A DNA stretch of 64,000 bases from Octopus sinensis. Its lineage: Eukaryota. Every line of letters begins with the position of its first letter. Positions within the stretch are counted from its first letter, which is position 1. Made by a program: the position numbers and the translations under genes. Positions 1 to 13,190 of this stretch are shown here, one piece after another. The DNA is taken from assembly GCF_006345805.1 (NCBI RefSeq), contig NC_042997.1, forward strand, positions 141,298,001 through 141,362,000, written 5' to 3'. The notes beneath the pieces are model-generated. The model worked only from the letters and a program-made list of their open reading frames with translations, did not search any database and was not told where the DNA came from.

Positions 1-480
1 AGTAACGGTAAGACATGGAGGAACAACAGAAAAAATGTTTGGCAGAACAACGACTATGAAAGTGTTTACAGAAAAGAGGTAGGGAATCAATGTCTTAGCG
101 ATAAGAGTGAGGTTGAACTTTGAGTGCCAAGCTCACTTTTGAACTCCATCAAATTAGAGGTGGGACATCAATATTCCACGGAGGAGTAAATAAGTGAATT
201 TTAAAGACCTAGAATGTATTCAGAGTAAAAATAATAACGAGATCCTTATAGAGAACCACTAACCTTCAGAAGGATCAAACACCTACTTGTCTAGTACCTT
301 CTGTGAAGACCTTTAACAGTCTCTTCCCTTTCTGTCGAGCTTCCTGTTAATCAAAAGACTTTATTCTAATAGCTTCTTCTTTTACTTCTAAGTAGTCACT
401 CACGTCACTGTGGATTCAAACCTTGTTTAGAGCAAATCGCATTGAAAAATGTGTTTTTAGAAATAAATTCAGAATATTTA
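1..480 (-). mobile_element. Ancient CR1/L2/Jockey-group LINE, probable 3' remnant
   Basis: Minus-strand translation fragments resemble the post-RT C-terminus (RYYF; PWN...SNLMEFKSELG, like WNxLP...xxFKxxL). Heavily decayed. Confidence 0.3.
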
Positions 481-567
481 TTTCGAGTAAGGTATCTAGG
501 AAAATTTGAACCTAAAAGATGAAAATATAAAAAACTAATGTTACAATGTGCTACTATCAAGCTGTAT

Positions 568-890
568 GAGGGTGCGTGGCTTAGTGGTTAGGGCATTCGG
601 CTCATGATCGTAAGGTTGTGAGTTCGATTCCCGGCGACGCGTTGTGTCCTTGAGCAAGACACTTTATTTCACATTGCTCCAGTCCACTCAGCTGGCAAAA
701 ATGAGTTGTACTTGTATTTCAAAGGGTCAGCCTTGTCACTCTCTGTGTCACGCTGATTATCCCCGAGAACTACGTTAAGGGTACACGTGTCTGTGGAATG
801 CTCAGCCATTTGCACGTTAATTTCATGAGCAAGCTATTCCGTTGATCGTATCAGCTGGGACCCTCGTCGTCGTAACCGGCGGAGTCTTTG
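568..890 (+). mobile_element. tRNA-derived CORE-type SINE (family B) with 12-bp TSD
   Basis: tRNA-like head (TGGCTTAGTGGTTAGG...GAGTTCGATTCCC), CORE-like GTGTCCTTGAGCAAGACACTT block, and direct repeat ATCAAGCTGTAT at 556-567 and 891-902. Confidence 0.85.
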
Positions 891-989
891 ATCAAGCTGT
901 ATATTAACGCCGATAAATTTGCATTAAAATGGTCATGTAAAAAAAATTGTTTCTCACATTTACATTAGGCCATGCATATTCTTATCTAC

Positions 990-1195
990 TCTAGGCACAA
1001 GGCCCTAAATTTGGGGGGAGAGGGTCAGTCGATTAGCTCTACCCCAGTAGGCAACTGGTACTTAATTTATCGACCCCGAAACGATGAAAAGCAAAAATCG
1101 ACATCGGTGGAATTTGAACTCGGTACGTAAAGACGAACCAAATAACGCTAAGCATTTCGCCCGACATCTAACGTTTCTGCCAGTTCGCCGCCTTT
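990..1195 (-). mobile_element. tRNA-derived SINE family A (Meta-like central domain; octopus OK-like)
   Basis: Reverse complement of AAGGCGGCGAGCTGGCAGAA...GAGTTCAAATTCC...CTTTCATCCTTTCGGGGTCGATAAATTAAGTACCAG, repeated many times in the window. Confidence 0.8.
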
Positions 1196-1999
1196 GGGTC
1201 ACGCATATCGGGGGAGAGTATATAGTCAATTTAATTCTTCCAAAAGTCTGAGTGGTACTAATTTTATCTACAATTGATGTAATTAATAAACAGATGTACT
1301 TAAATACTGCAAAACACTACGTATGTTATACATCCGATTCTACAACTTAAGCACAATTTCGTTTATCAAATATCTTTAAAATCCTTCATTCTTTCATGAA
1401 CACTAGCCTCCCTCGGGCCTTGCATATCTAGAACTCTATTCAATATGATACTTCTTCGTCGAGGATCCACGATATTTGAAGATTTTGTTGCTATTTCTAA
1501 GTCCAGCAACCTCGTTGACTCCACGCCGTAGAGACTCGTTCTTGGCTCGTGAAATCAATTCTAGCTATGCTCTCCAGCATGCTCTTGGAACTTTTAGTCA
1601 GAATAAGGAACAGTTAACTTTTACGTTGGAATATATCATTTAAATGCATTCTTATATTTGCCTTTGTTTCCTCTATAATTTTATCACAGTTTATACACCA
1701 GCAAATTTTTATTCTTAAATACATTTATGTGTATATTTTGCTCAACTGTCTGAACATATATGCAAAATATATTATCCAATGTTCTTATGCCACACATACA
1801 CACACACACGCGCACACACACACATACATATGTATTATACTATAATTTTCTATACTGTTTCTATACTGTTTTAAATCAGAATATAGTTAATTTATAGTTT
1901 TATTCTACTCTGCGCTTTTTAATGCTGCTTACATCATACAAAGAAAATTGAATACAGTCTTATAAACTATATAATCGCTGATGACAACCACTTACCTAC

Positions 2000-2900
2000 T
2001 TATGCAGCTGATTGACTTCAAAGGGCTAAGAGGAATGATGACGAGATAAATTAGCAAAAATAAAGTATTTGTTTGCAAGAACTAAAAGTCCAGGCTCTGA
2101 GAATCTCGGAAGTAAACAAGTAAACAAGATCAGGAATTTGGCACTGTTAAGGGTCAGTACAATGCCATTTACTCTTAATGGTTTTTAAAGAAATCGATTT
2201 TAAAGCGAATTACATAGTTGCAACGTAAAAGCTTTATTGAATTGAATTCTTTTCTCTTGATTTCTGCAGGCAAAGGTTTAAATAATTTGAAGCAAATGCT
2301 TTTTGGGAGTGGGTTTGTATGCTTCCTTTCGTAACCCAGGAGAGAATATGATTATTTGATCGTCTCTTGCCACTAGAGTGCGTAAAGTATGAAACATTTT
2401 GTGGTATTTCAGCATTTGCCTTAGTAAACTTTCTACACGTCACATTTACATTAAATTATCTATAATGTTCGCATTTACTTTAACAATGGAATGCATAGGA
2501 AAACCACGCAAAAATCAATAAAGATGAAATAATTTGTTGGTCTTAATAAAAATAAACAAGTTTTATTTGAGAGATACTTCGCAGAAATTTCCTCCATCTA
2601 TGAGAAGAAAACTATCAGAATTTTACCCAAATTTTCTCCTTAGGTCAATGTTAACGGACGGATAAATTTCCCTGTTGGGGTCTATAGTAATTGTCAAAAA
2701 ATTCTTTATACCTACTCATTATGGATTTAGAGAAATGAACAATAGTGGTTAAGGAAGAATTAGAAACGTATTTCAGTATAATATGTGAACAGAATTATGG
2801 AAAGTAATTTAGATTCTGAGAATGCAACTATACAGGGTTGGCTGACTGCGAAGGCAAGACTTTTCAAAGGAATCTTGTACAAGAGCTTCTCTCCAGTTTT
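2000..2900 (-). mobile_element. Ancient LINE endonuclease/linker remnant
   Basis: Minus-strand fragments PCIVAFSESKL (like IxISETKL) and YRPQ (like YRPP). The ORF at 2234-2443 contains a WVTKGSI stretch resembling the LINE linker PWxT motif. Many stops. Confidence 0.35.
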
Positions 2901-3796
2901 ATGCCAAAGGAAGAAATGTTGTAATTTTGTATATATACAAAAGTAAGTTGAATTTCAGAAGGCTGTCGTTCTAGAGTGAAGGGGATTTTATGTTATTATT
3001 ACAGGCTTTGAGGAAATTAGTCAAGGCATATTTTCATTGATAGTAGTTGGTAAATTCAAACACTTGCAATTAGCAGATTTCTTCACCGGTAATACTACAG
3101 CACTGCTGCAGGAGAACTACATAGGATTTTACGAAGAATAAGTTTTGGTTGTGTAAGGAATGTAAACGGTCATAGTGTCGATTGTCTGCCTAGCTTTCAT
3201 GGATATGTTATAGTTAAAGGATTTTTGCTGTTAGTGGTAGTCGGCATAAGATTACTAGATTGACGATCAGATAACAAAATGTTCACGTAATTGCTTCGCT
3301 GTGCAATAAGATAATGTTTTATTTCATCAGACACTTTACCAAGAATGTATTTTTTCTTTTATCCTGAAATCGTTTCAGGTGTTTTACTATATGACCATAC
3401 TGGTGCAGCATCTTCAGTTTTAGGACGCTCATGTAAGCGAATCTCGTTTCAAATTTCCCCCCAACATCCTTTTTAAGCTATCTCAGTGAACGTGTATGAA
3501 TACAAAACACTATATGAATTATGTGAATAAAAAGTCGTTTTATTATCTGTTAAATGAACTCGAAGGACAATGAATAATCAAAATAATAACGTAAGATATT
3601 TTACTTAAAATGTAATTTCTTTTAAAATGTGGCATCATATAATATACATTAGAGCCAATATTTTAACCTTTTTTTAGCAATGTTTTCTCTCCCAAATTAT
3701 ATTCTAATGTTTTACAAATTTTGATTGATCGAAGATAATTTCCGTAAAAATCAATGTTATTTTAGAGCATTTCTCCAAATTTAATTTTAATACTTG

Positions 3797-3798
<2 letters not shown>

Positions 3799-3879
<81 letters not shown>
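3799..3879 (+). repeat. (GA)n microsatellite
   Basis: About 40 uninterrupted GA units. Confidence 0.98.
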
Positions 3880-3882
<3 letters not shown>

Positions 3883-5232
3883 AAATAACTAGTTCCCGGT
3901 AGATAAAATAATTCATTTAGGTTTAGGTGAACATAGTAGCACGAAATGTAAGCGGTTCCTTGACTGCAACGCACTGGCTTATTATTAGTGATATGTTCAC
4001 AACTCCACTAAGGAAGACTTACAATAATGTCCCATTTGTATCCAGAAGAATAAACTATTTATCTATCAATTAATTGTTTGACGTGAAGGTGCGTGGCTTA
4101 ACAAGCGTCTCGTCCAGATGGGGAATACATATGCCATTGGAACCGCCCCTATGTGACTCGGGAAGGAATTTTATTTTTTTAATTGTAAAACATGATATAA
4201 CAGGGTGTCAGTTACATCAGACCCCACACAAAAGTGTCTCTTTTTCGGTCGTTATTGAATGAATTTATTATAGATAGAAAATATTTTTAAGTATTTAGCT
4301 TTTAGTGATAGTTAAACTTTGCATTATCAGGGGAGTAAAATATTTATGCATCAGAAGGTATCTAGATTCATTGTGGGGCATATTAAAACGAATTTTGGCT
4401 TATTTTATAAGATATCGAATGAGTTAACAAGTACTACTCGGTTAAACCACTAAAACGCTTAGTTGTTTCTCACGGTAGTAACTTATAAAACAATTTTATT
4501 ACAAATAATATTGGGATTTATTTTTAAAGTGAGAAAATAACTTCGTTGTAGGCGAAGCAACTATTGGGAAAATAACGAAGTATATATTGAGTGAATTGTA
4601 TGACAACAAATTATCTCCATTATCTTCACATCCGGAAACCATTCAATTGAAGAATTGAGCATTGTAGGAAGCTTTTAAAGTCTACTACGAGTTGGCTTTC
4701 TTAAAATATACGATTAAAGGTTACATATACTTTGAAATTGAGCAAAAGCAATTGAAGTCAATGATATATACAACGGAATAAGGAAATATATTCTCTATCA
4801 AACAGAAGATAAATGGCAACTCTTTCTACAAAATGATTCCTGTTTAAACGTGCAAGAGTTAGACAACAATGAGTTAATCTATAAAAGTCTTATCTATATA
4901 AACATGCAGGAAAACCAAAACAATAGAGATAAAAGGTGTTTCAAGCTTCTTCAAAAGAAATTATAATATAATCTTTATATCTCAACATGAGGTCAAGTCA
5001 GACAAAATTGACAGTGATTTTACACAATATCACAATCTCTCTGCTATTATAAATGTGTGAAACTCTTCTTAGGTAGTAATAATTATTATTATTTTGTGTA
5101 ATTTAAATTGTACTACAGGATATAGTTAATTATCGTATTTGAATGAAACCGAGATTGGTCAATTGAGATAATTATCACTTACTACTAACAAAGTTGTCTA
5201 ATAAAAATGATGATGATAATAATAGTTATTAT

Positions 5233-5742
5233 TTCAAATTTTTGCCATACAGGCAGCTTGGGGAGGTGGGGTAAGTCGATTACATCGACCCCAGTGTTCA
5301 ACTGGTACTTATTTAATCGACCCGGAAAAGATGAAAGGCAAAGTCGACCTCAGCGAAATTTGAACTCAGAACGTAAAGAAGGATGAAATACCTATTTCTT
5401 TACTATCCACAAGGGGCTAAACACAGAGAGGACAAACAAGGACAGGCAAACGGGTTAAGTCGATTATATCGACCCCAGTGCGTAACTGATACTTATTTAA
5501 TCGACCCCGAAAGGATGAAATGCAAAGTCGACCTCGGCGGAATTTGAACTCAGAACGTAACAGCAGACGAAATACCGCTAAGCATTTCACCCGGCGTGCT
5601 GACGTTTCTGCCAGAAAATAACACACCTCCTGAAGCACAAGAAACCCGCCAATTTTGGAATAACATCTGGGGGCAAGAAGGATGAAATACCGCTAAGTAT
5701 TTCGTCAGGTGTGCTAATGATTCTGCCAGCTCGCCGCCTTAA
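5233..5742 (-). mobile_element. SINE family A tandem dimer plus fragment
   Basis: Two head-to-tail copies joined at GAAATACCTATTTCTTT (5385-5401), with a further head fragment ending at about 5740 next to (AAT)n. Confidence 0.8.
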
Positions 5743-5744
5743 TA

Positions 5745-5779
<35 letters not shown>

Positions 5780-5874
5780 AATAAACAAATAACCAGAGAC
5801 ATTAGGAGAAAATACAGAAGATAATACACCTTCTGAAGCACACGAAACCCGCCAATTTTGGAACATCAGGGGCA

Positions 5875-7035
5875 AGAAGTTTCGCACAACCACACTGATG
5901 GGTAGATTCATTCCGTGAGATCCGTACTCCATCACCCGGTGACTCCACTACAGGACCACGTGCGCATAACAACAGATATCATTGCACAGATATCAAAACT
6001 GCCAAACTGGAAAGCGGCAGAACCAGATGGAATTCAAGGCTACTGGCTCAAGTGGTTTAGATCAATACACATGAGAATTTCCTTGAAAACTAGACAGTTG
6101 CCTATGGAGCGGTGCAGTTCCGGAGTGGATAGTAGAGGCAAGAACAACATTCTTAATGAAAGATCTCGTGTGGAAACTATTAACAAGTACCCTCGCAGGG
6201 GAAATATATGCGTTCCTTGTGGAAAACAGTCTACTGCCAGTAGGACAAAGGGGATGCTGAAAAGGATCCAAGGGCACCTAGGACCACCTTGTGATAGAGA
6301 AAGTTATAATTAAGAACTGTAAACAGTACCAAAAAAACATACACATGGCCTGGGTAGACTTCAAAAAGGAGTACATGTTGCCGCTTCCTGAATTTTGGAA
6401 GCACTCGACATGTGTGGAATAGCTGAGAACGTGTGTGCACTGATTACGAACAGCATGCATAGATGGAAAGCATGTCTTTCCTGTAACAACTAGCACTTAG
6501 CCGAGGAAATAACCAAAAGAGATATCTTCCACGGAGACGCTTGTTCACGTCTGTTATTTGTTATAGACTTGATCCCACTTTCTGTAGTCCTACGCAATGT
6601 CAACGCACATTATGAACTGAGAAAAAATGAACCTCATCTCAAACATCTTCTCTTCATGAATGATTTAAAACTGTTCACAAAAAAAGTCTGAAATGGAGAG
6701 GCGAGTTGAGACTGTGCAAATGTGCTGCTGTAAAAATATAAAGATGGAATTCAGTATCTTGAAGTGTGCGGTGCTTACTTTGAAGCGGGGGGAAAGAGTA
6801 AATTGTAGGGGCATAAAATTGCCGAACGGAAAGAGAATGGAAAGCCTGGATGATGTTGGGTAGAAGTACCTTGGAATCCTGGAGCCAGAAAATATCTTGC
6901 ACAGAGAAATGAAATACAAGACCATCACTGCATATTTCAAGCGCCTCAAACTTCTCTTGAAATCAAAACTCAACTCAAGGAAACTTGTAACCTCCATGGA
7001 CATATGGACTGTTGCTGTAGTCCGCTAGAGTGCAT
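5875..7035 (+). mobile_element. R4/Dong-clade non-LTR retrotransposon, decayed RT fragment
   Basis: Motifs ISKLPNWKAAEPDGIQGYWLK, MAWVDFKK (AWIDYKKAYD), DIFHGDACSRLLF (GIFQGDSLSPLLF) and HLLFMNDLKLF (LLFMDDLKL); frameshifted. Confidence 0.85.
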
Positions 7036-7039
7036 CCAC

Positions 7040-7338
7040 TAGGATGAAAGGCAAAGTCGACATTGGCGGAATTTGAACACCAGAACGTAGCGGCAGACGA
7101 AATACCTATTTCTTTACTACCCACAAGGGGCTAAACACAGAGAGGAAAAACAAGGGCAGACACACGGATTAAGTCGATTATATCGACCCCAGTGCGTAAC
7201 TGGTACTTATTTAATCGACCCCGAAAGGGTGAAAGGCAAAGTCGACCTCAGCGGAATTTGAACTCAGAACGTAGCGGCAGACGAAATACCGCTAATCATT
7301 TCACCCGGCGTGCTAACGTTTCTGCCAGCTCGCCGCCC

Positions 7339-7340
<2 letters not shown>
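7040..7340 (-). mobile_element. SINE family A tandem dimer
   Basis: Same dimer junction at 7099-7115. Confidence 0.8.
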
Positions 7341-7378
<38 letters not shown>

Positions 7379-7589
7379 TCAGACAAATACATAACAAAAA
7401 CACCAGGACTTACAAACGCATATAACATACAGAAAATTGCACTACTAAGCACTGCACACATCCTACGCAGAACACTTTCCATACAATAACCATCAGAGCA
7501 TCACAACAAATCACAGCACATACCCAAGGCACACAGAGCTGCGCTCGGTAGTGAAGTGAAAGCACGCTATAAAAATAAAAATAAAACTA

Positions 7590-7592
<3 letters not shown>
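7379..7592 (+). mobile_element. R4/Dong-clade LINE 3' end (RLE C-terminus + 3'UTR) within (AAT)n
   Basis: DKYITKTPGLTNAYNIQKIALLSTAHILRRTLSIQ* matches the QKxALLGTAxILR terminus; (AAT)n on both sides. Confidence 0.85.
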
Positions 7593-7655
<63 letters not shown>

Positions 7656-7657
<2 letters not shown>

Positions 7658-8094
7658 AATACCACAGATTTGCTTGTCAGTTGTTTGACCTTAACCAGTT
7701 GAGCATGTCCCTTAGTGGCTGACGATATGAGCATCTCTGATCACGAGCAGAAGTAGTCGGGGAGCATCATAGCCATGTGTTGAGAGGGATTGTTTGGGGT
7801 TTGAATAATTCACCTCTGGAAACATGGGTGGTTCTTTCAACATCATTAAACAACCCTTATTCAGGGACCTTTTGAGCGGGATGGGCTACTCAACCTGAAG
7901 AAAATTCTAACTGGGCCCCACCTGCAAGGTCATGTGCTGTTTATCTTGATATGCAATCACCATGTCGCGCACATATGGTTGTGATGCATGTGCCTTGTGT
8001 ACCCTTATCAGATGGGTAGTCATGATGGGTATATTGGGCTTCGTATATTTTACCCCAGTGTCACTTTGATGGCATGAACTGCTCTCTCACTCAA
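7656..8094 (+). repeat. Unclassified interspersed repeat (family F) anchored on (AAT)n
   Basis: Reverse-complement copies at about 11415-11720 and 63896-64000; the copies end at ...CTCTCTCACTC followed by (AAT)n. Confidence 0.75.
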
Positions 8095-8789
8095 TAATAA
8101 TAATAATAAGTTTACGACTATTATTGTTGCTTAAGGAACATTTAAATTCAGCTCTAAACGATCGTCTTGAAAATTTACTCGCTATAATATTTTCAGAGTT
8201 CAAAAAAAGTCTTAAAACCATTTCTTTACTTATGTCTGAGTGCTAAAAATAATCATATTTAACGAAATCTTATTTCATTACAAAATGTTATTTTTCTTGT
8301 AAATCAATACCATAAAGATATGATCATAATTAATATTTATTTAACTTCACTTATCAGCAGACCAAATATTGATATGCTCCACCATTTGAAGTTTATAGGA
8401 ATTATCTGAGGCCATTTATAGAATTTTGTCTTAAAAGTAAATTTACACAGAAAGATAATTGAATAATCAATGTTTTAAATATTTATATTTTTCTTTCGAT
8501 ATCAATTTAGAGACAACGTATCATATGTTTTTGTTGTTGTTGTTGTTATTTTGTTTTCTTATTGTTTATTGTTTTTTTTTCCTTTTTTATTAATGGGTGA
8601 GGAGTGAGGGCTCTGAATAAATATTTTAAATGTTCATCATAAGTTAAAAACTATTTAATGTTTTCAGTTATTTCTATGACTGTAAATCACTTTCTTTCAA
8701 TAAATATAATTTCAAAAATCAATCACTCACACAATATCAAATCTATAATCACTTCTTTAACTTTTTCTTTATCTCATGCGTCCTTCCAT

Positions 8790-9530
8790 GGGTGATGGAC
8801 TAAATAATGACCAGAACAGTGACTATTTAAACTTTATGTCCCTTGTTTTTACCATTGTAAATTGGGTAAACAGTAATCAATTACACTCTTGACCAACAAG
8901 ATTGTAAACTCCATCTGGTGGTAAGGCTCACGTTTAAGAATTTAGCGTTGTATGGATTTAGGGTTTAATTACTTCATCCATGCCCGCTCTTACGTGGAGT
9001 AGCAGTACCTGTTTAACAAACAAGTTTTGAATCAAATAGTGAAATATTGGAATCAAATAGTGCCCTGTGCAATATAATCATAAAGACGTAGCTAATTCAT
9101 ACATGATTCAGAGAAGATTGGTCCCTGGACAATTTTAAATACACACAAACTTGTGTGTGAACATGCTTTCCTTACGTGAACAAGTTCCTTGCCTAAGGGT
9201 TAATAAAGTAGGTCTTGTGCATCATTAAAGCTGGAGACTACAAGGGTAAATTTTAAGTAGACCAACATAAGATTCCAGGATAAATGTTTAAATCAGTCTT
9301 TATGACACTTTCCTGGGTATCTTAGACAATGGAATGGGATCTACACTGAAATATCAGCCTTATAAACATTGTCCCTTTTTAAACACATTCTTCAAGTAGG
9401 TGGAATTTACAAAAAAGACATCACAAAGCTACAATACCCTTTACATCCATACTCTTTCTTTAATGAACATCAAGACGTTCAAAACTAGGGGTATAACAAG
9501 CTAGTCTTCTTTAACACCACCAAATAAGTA
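8790..9530 (-). mobile_element. Ancient CR1/L2-group RT remnant
   Basis: Minus-strand fragments KKGQ/D, VDPIPLSKIPRKV (like YRPISLLS..SKV) and IAQGTI (like VPQGS), in the expected order. Confidence 0.3.
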
Positions 9531-10064
9531 GCACTGAAAAATAATAGTTTATCTAATTGCTATAAGGTCAGAAATTACTTTGAGGAGAAGGAAAGAAAGT
9601 TTAAATGTATAAACTCCAGTGCTTGAGTGATGCAACTACTTATTTCATTGAGCGGCAAATGATGAAAAGCAAAGCCAACTCCCATATGGGTTTTGACTCA
9701 GTGCATACAAATATCACATTATTTGTCTGACATTACAACGATTCTGCTAATCACTTCGTATATGCGTGTCTATAAGCGTGTGTTGTGTGTGTATCTGTAT
9801 CGAGTACGTTATACAGGCACCATGAGGAAAACAACACTCAGTTAGTGTAATTCATGATTGTAACAGTTGGGATATACGTTTGGTAATGTGCGCTCCGTAT
9901 CCAATCTCACGATCGGAAACGTGATATTTAAAGGACATTGGTTTAACGTACAAGTGAATACAATCACATACACACACAAGCACACATTTTTGCATGTATG
10001 CAAGTGTGTATGTGTATCTAATATATATATTTACGCATGCGAACATATTGAAATACAGGTATTA

Positions 10065-10182
10065 CTCGTTTTTGGAGCACCGTGAAATAAAGTGTCATGG
10101 TCAAGGACACAACGCGCCGCAGGGAATCGAACTTGCATCCTTACGATCGCGAGCCGAAACCATAACCACTTGGCCACGCACT
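10065..10182 (-). mobile_element. CORE-type tRNA-SINE head
   Basis: Reverse complement of GTGCGTGGCCAAGTGGTT...GTTCGATTCCC...TTGTGTCCTTGAC. Confidence 0.7.
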
Positions 10183-10289
10183 TTACACACACACACACAC
10201 ACACATATTTATATATACACACACAAATAAATCATACATATACCTATGTATAAATATAGCAATACATATATGTACGCATACATGAATGC

Positions 10290-10297
10290 ATGCATGC

Positions 10298-10328
<31 letters not shown>

Positions 10329-10420
10329 CATACATACATACATGCATGCATACATACATACATACATACATACATACATACATACATACATACATACATA
10401 CATACATACATACATACATA
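10290..10420 (+). repeat. (CATA)n microsatellite
   Basis: Direct reading. Confidence 0.97.
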
Positions 10421-10740
10421 CTTATACAAAGGAGACAATGTAAATTTTCTTTTCTTTATGAAATAGAATTTTATAATATGGAAAACTATTATATAAAAAT
10501 AATTGTCTTTATTGTTTCTTCGAAAAAGTTTACAAATTATATTGTTTTTGTTAGAGAAGTAAATTAATTTTTAAATATTATGATTGATTTTGTAGTTATT
10601 GTGTTTCTATTTATTTGTATCTGTTTATTCCGATTAAATGAATTAGTTTTGTATTAAAATAATTTCACAAACGTTACACGTAATTTATTGTCCAATATCT
10701 TCAGGTCGCCTAACTTTTTATGTTTAATATTTTCTAAGTG

Positions 10741-11398
10741 TAAGGCGGCGAGCTGACAGATTAGTTAGCACACCGGGAAAATGCTTAGCGGCATTTCATC
10801 TGTCTCTACCTTCTGAGTTCAAATTCCACCGAGGTCGACATTGCCTTTCATCCTTTCGAGGACGATAAATTAAGTACCAGTTCCATACTGGAATTGATCT
10901 AATCGACTGACCCCCTGAACCAAAATTTCGGGCCTTGTGCCTTGAGTAGAAAAGAATATCTTCAGGTCACCTAGCTTTTTACGTTTAATATTTTCTGTGC
11001 GTAAGGCGTCGAGCTGGCTGAAACGTTAGCACGCCGGGCGAAATGCGTAGCCGTATTGCGTCTGGCATTACGTTCTGAATTCAAATTCCGCCGAGGTCGA
11101 CTTTGCCTTTCATCCTTTCGGGGTCGATAAATTAAGTACCAGTAACGCACCGGGGTCGTTGTAATCGACTTAATACGTTTGTCTGTCCTTGTGTGTCCCC
11201 TCTGTGCTTAGCCCCTGGTGGGTAGTAAAGAAATAGGTATTTCGTCTGCCGCTGCGCTTTAAGTTAAAATTCTGCCGAGGTTGATTTTGTCTTTTATTCA
11301 TTCGGGGTCGATTGAATGAGTACCAGTCACGCACTGAGGTCGATGTAATCGACTTAATCCCTTTGTCTGTCCTTGTTTGTCCCCTCTATGTTTAGCAT
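10741..11398 (+). mobile_element. Cluster of SINE family A copies (one single copy, one dimer)
   Basis: TAAGGCGGCGAGCTG heads at 10741 and about 11003; dimer junction at 11227-11243. Confidence 0.8.
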
Positions 11399-11414
11399 TT
11401 ATTATTATTATCAT

Positions 11415-11720
11415 TATTGAGTGAGAGAGCAGTTCATGCCATCAAAGTGACACTAGGGTAAAATATACGAAGCCCAGTATACCCATCATGGCTACCCATC
11501 TGATAAGGGTACATTAGGCACATGTGCGCGACATGGTGATCTCATATCAAGATAAACAGCACATGACCTTGCAGGTGGGGCCCAGTTAGAATTTTCTTCT
11601 GGTCGAGTAACCCATGCTGCTCAAAAGGTCCCTGAATAAGGGTTGTTTAAGGATGTTGAACGAAACATCCGTGTTTCCAAAGGTGAATTATTCAAACCCC
11701 AAAGAATCCCTCTCAACACA
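11415..11720 (-). repeat. Family F repeat, partial copy
   Basis: Reverse complement of about 7770-8094, next to (ATT)n. Confidence 0.75.
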
Positions 11721-11721
11721 A

Positions 11722-12045
11722 CGGGCAAAATGCTTAGCGGCATTTCGTCTGTCTTTATGTTCTGAGTTCAAATTCCACCAAGGTTGACTTTGCCTTTCAT
11801 CCTTTCGGGGTCGATAAAAGTATTACCAGTTGAGGACTGGGGTCGATGTAATTAACTCATCCCCTCTCCCAAAATTATGCTTAAAGTGGCGTGCTGGCAG
11901 AATTGTTAGCACCTTGGGCAAAATTCTTGGCGGCATTTTTTCCATCTTCACATTCTGAGTTCAAATTCTGTCATGATCGACTTTGCCTTTCATCATTTCG
12001 GGGTCGATAAAAGCACTGAGGTCGATGTATTCAACTCCTCTTCCT
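11722..12045 (+). mobile_element. SINE family A fragments
   Basis: GAGTTCAAATTC...CTTTCATCCTTTCGGGGTCGATAAAA blocks. Confidence 0.7.
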
Positions 12046-12619
12046 CCCCCGAACTGTAGTCTTTGAAACCAATATTTTCTGTCTAGTCTAACGGTTATGA
12101 AGTTCGGCTCACAATCGTAAGATTTTTTAATTCCTAGACCGGGACGGTGCGAACAAATGTATGGTACATGTTACCAAGCGATACTGGCTCGTGATTGATG
12201 AGTTGTTGCACTGCACTACTTCCAGGATATATTTTCCTAGTTCTGTGTTACTCTTTTTATTCTAAGTGCTCCATTCATTTCTATCTCAGAAATAATTCTA
12301 TTCTTTGACGTACCTTGATGGTAAAATTATTCTCAAGTGTTCAGTGTGGGAATATAGCGATCCAGCAACTATTTCCGTATAAAAGTTTTTATTTTATCAA
12401 GTGACGAAGTTCAGCAAGAAACGGCCCAACTACGAAAACTCGTTTTTCTGAAGATTGTTGTACATTGTTGTGGCTAAGCTCTGAATTGTTTGAGTATTCT
12501 ATAATGCATTTTTAGACATTTTATTGATGACATTTAAATACAAAGAAACAGAAAAAGAAAAACGAAGAAAAAGACTATGCCTATTAGCAAATGAATTCCA
12601 GCTATAGACATGCTAAACA

Positions 12620-13190
12620 TAGAAGATACAAACAAGGCCAGACAAACGGATTAAGTCGATTACATTGACCCCATTGGGTAACTGGCACTCATTTCAAATT
12701 TTTGCCACAAAGGCAGCTTGAAGAAGGTGGGGCTGAGTCAATAACATTGACCTCACTGCGTAACTGGTACTTCCAATCGATCCCGAAAGGATGAAAGGCA
12801 AAATCGACCTCAGCGGAATTTGAAATTTGAATGTTGCGGCAGACGAAATATCGCCAAGCTTTTCGCCCGACGGGCTAACGATTCTGCCAGCTCGCCGCCT
12901 TACACACAGAAAGAGTGTAATATAAAGAAATTTAGATGCTGTGTCATACCTTCTTGTTAACTCTTTTACATACTTCCATAAATCTATCTTTGTAAGGGAG
13001 AATTTTTTTATGAATGATAGAATTCCAGCATTTTTGGTTGCTAGACAGGTTTCAAATGTTCATACAAGGCCAGTAATCCTAAGTGGGAAATTTAGTTGAT
13101 TATTTCGACCGCAGTGCTCACCTGGTACTTATTTTATCAATTCCATAGTGATGAATGGCAAATTCAGCCTCGACGGAATTTGAACACGGA
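12620..13190 (-). mobile_element. SINE family A copies (decayed)
   Basis: Reverse-complement central domain and head (CTGCCAGCTCGCCGCCTTA at about 12885-12903). Confidence 0.7.

Noticed and set aside
2234-2443. 69-aa minus ORF, and a plus-strand acceptor at about 2270 (KGLNNLKQMLFG...)
   Set aside because: No recognisable host domain; the ORF fits better as the linker of a decayed LINE, and the acceptor has no supporting partner exon.
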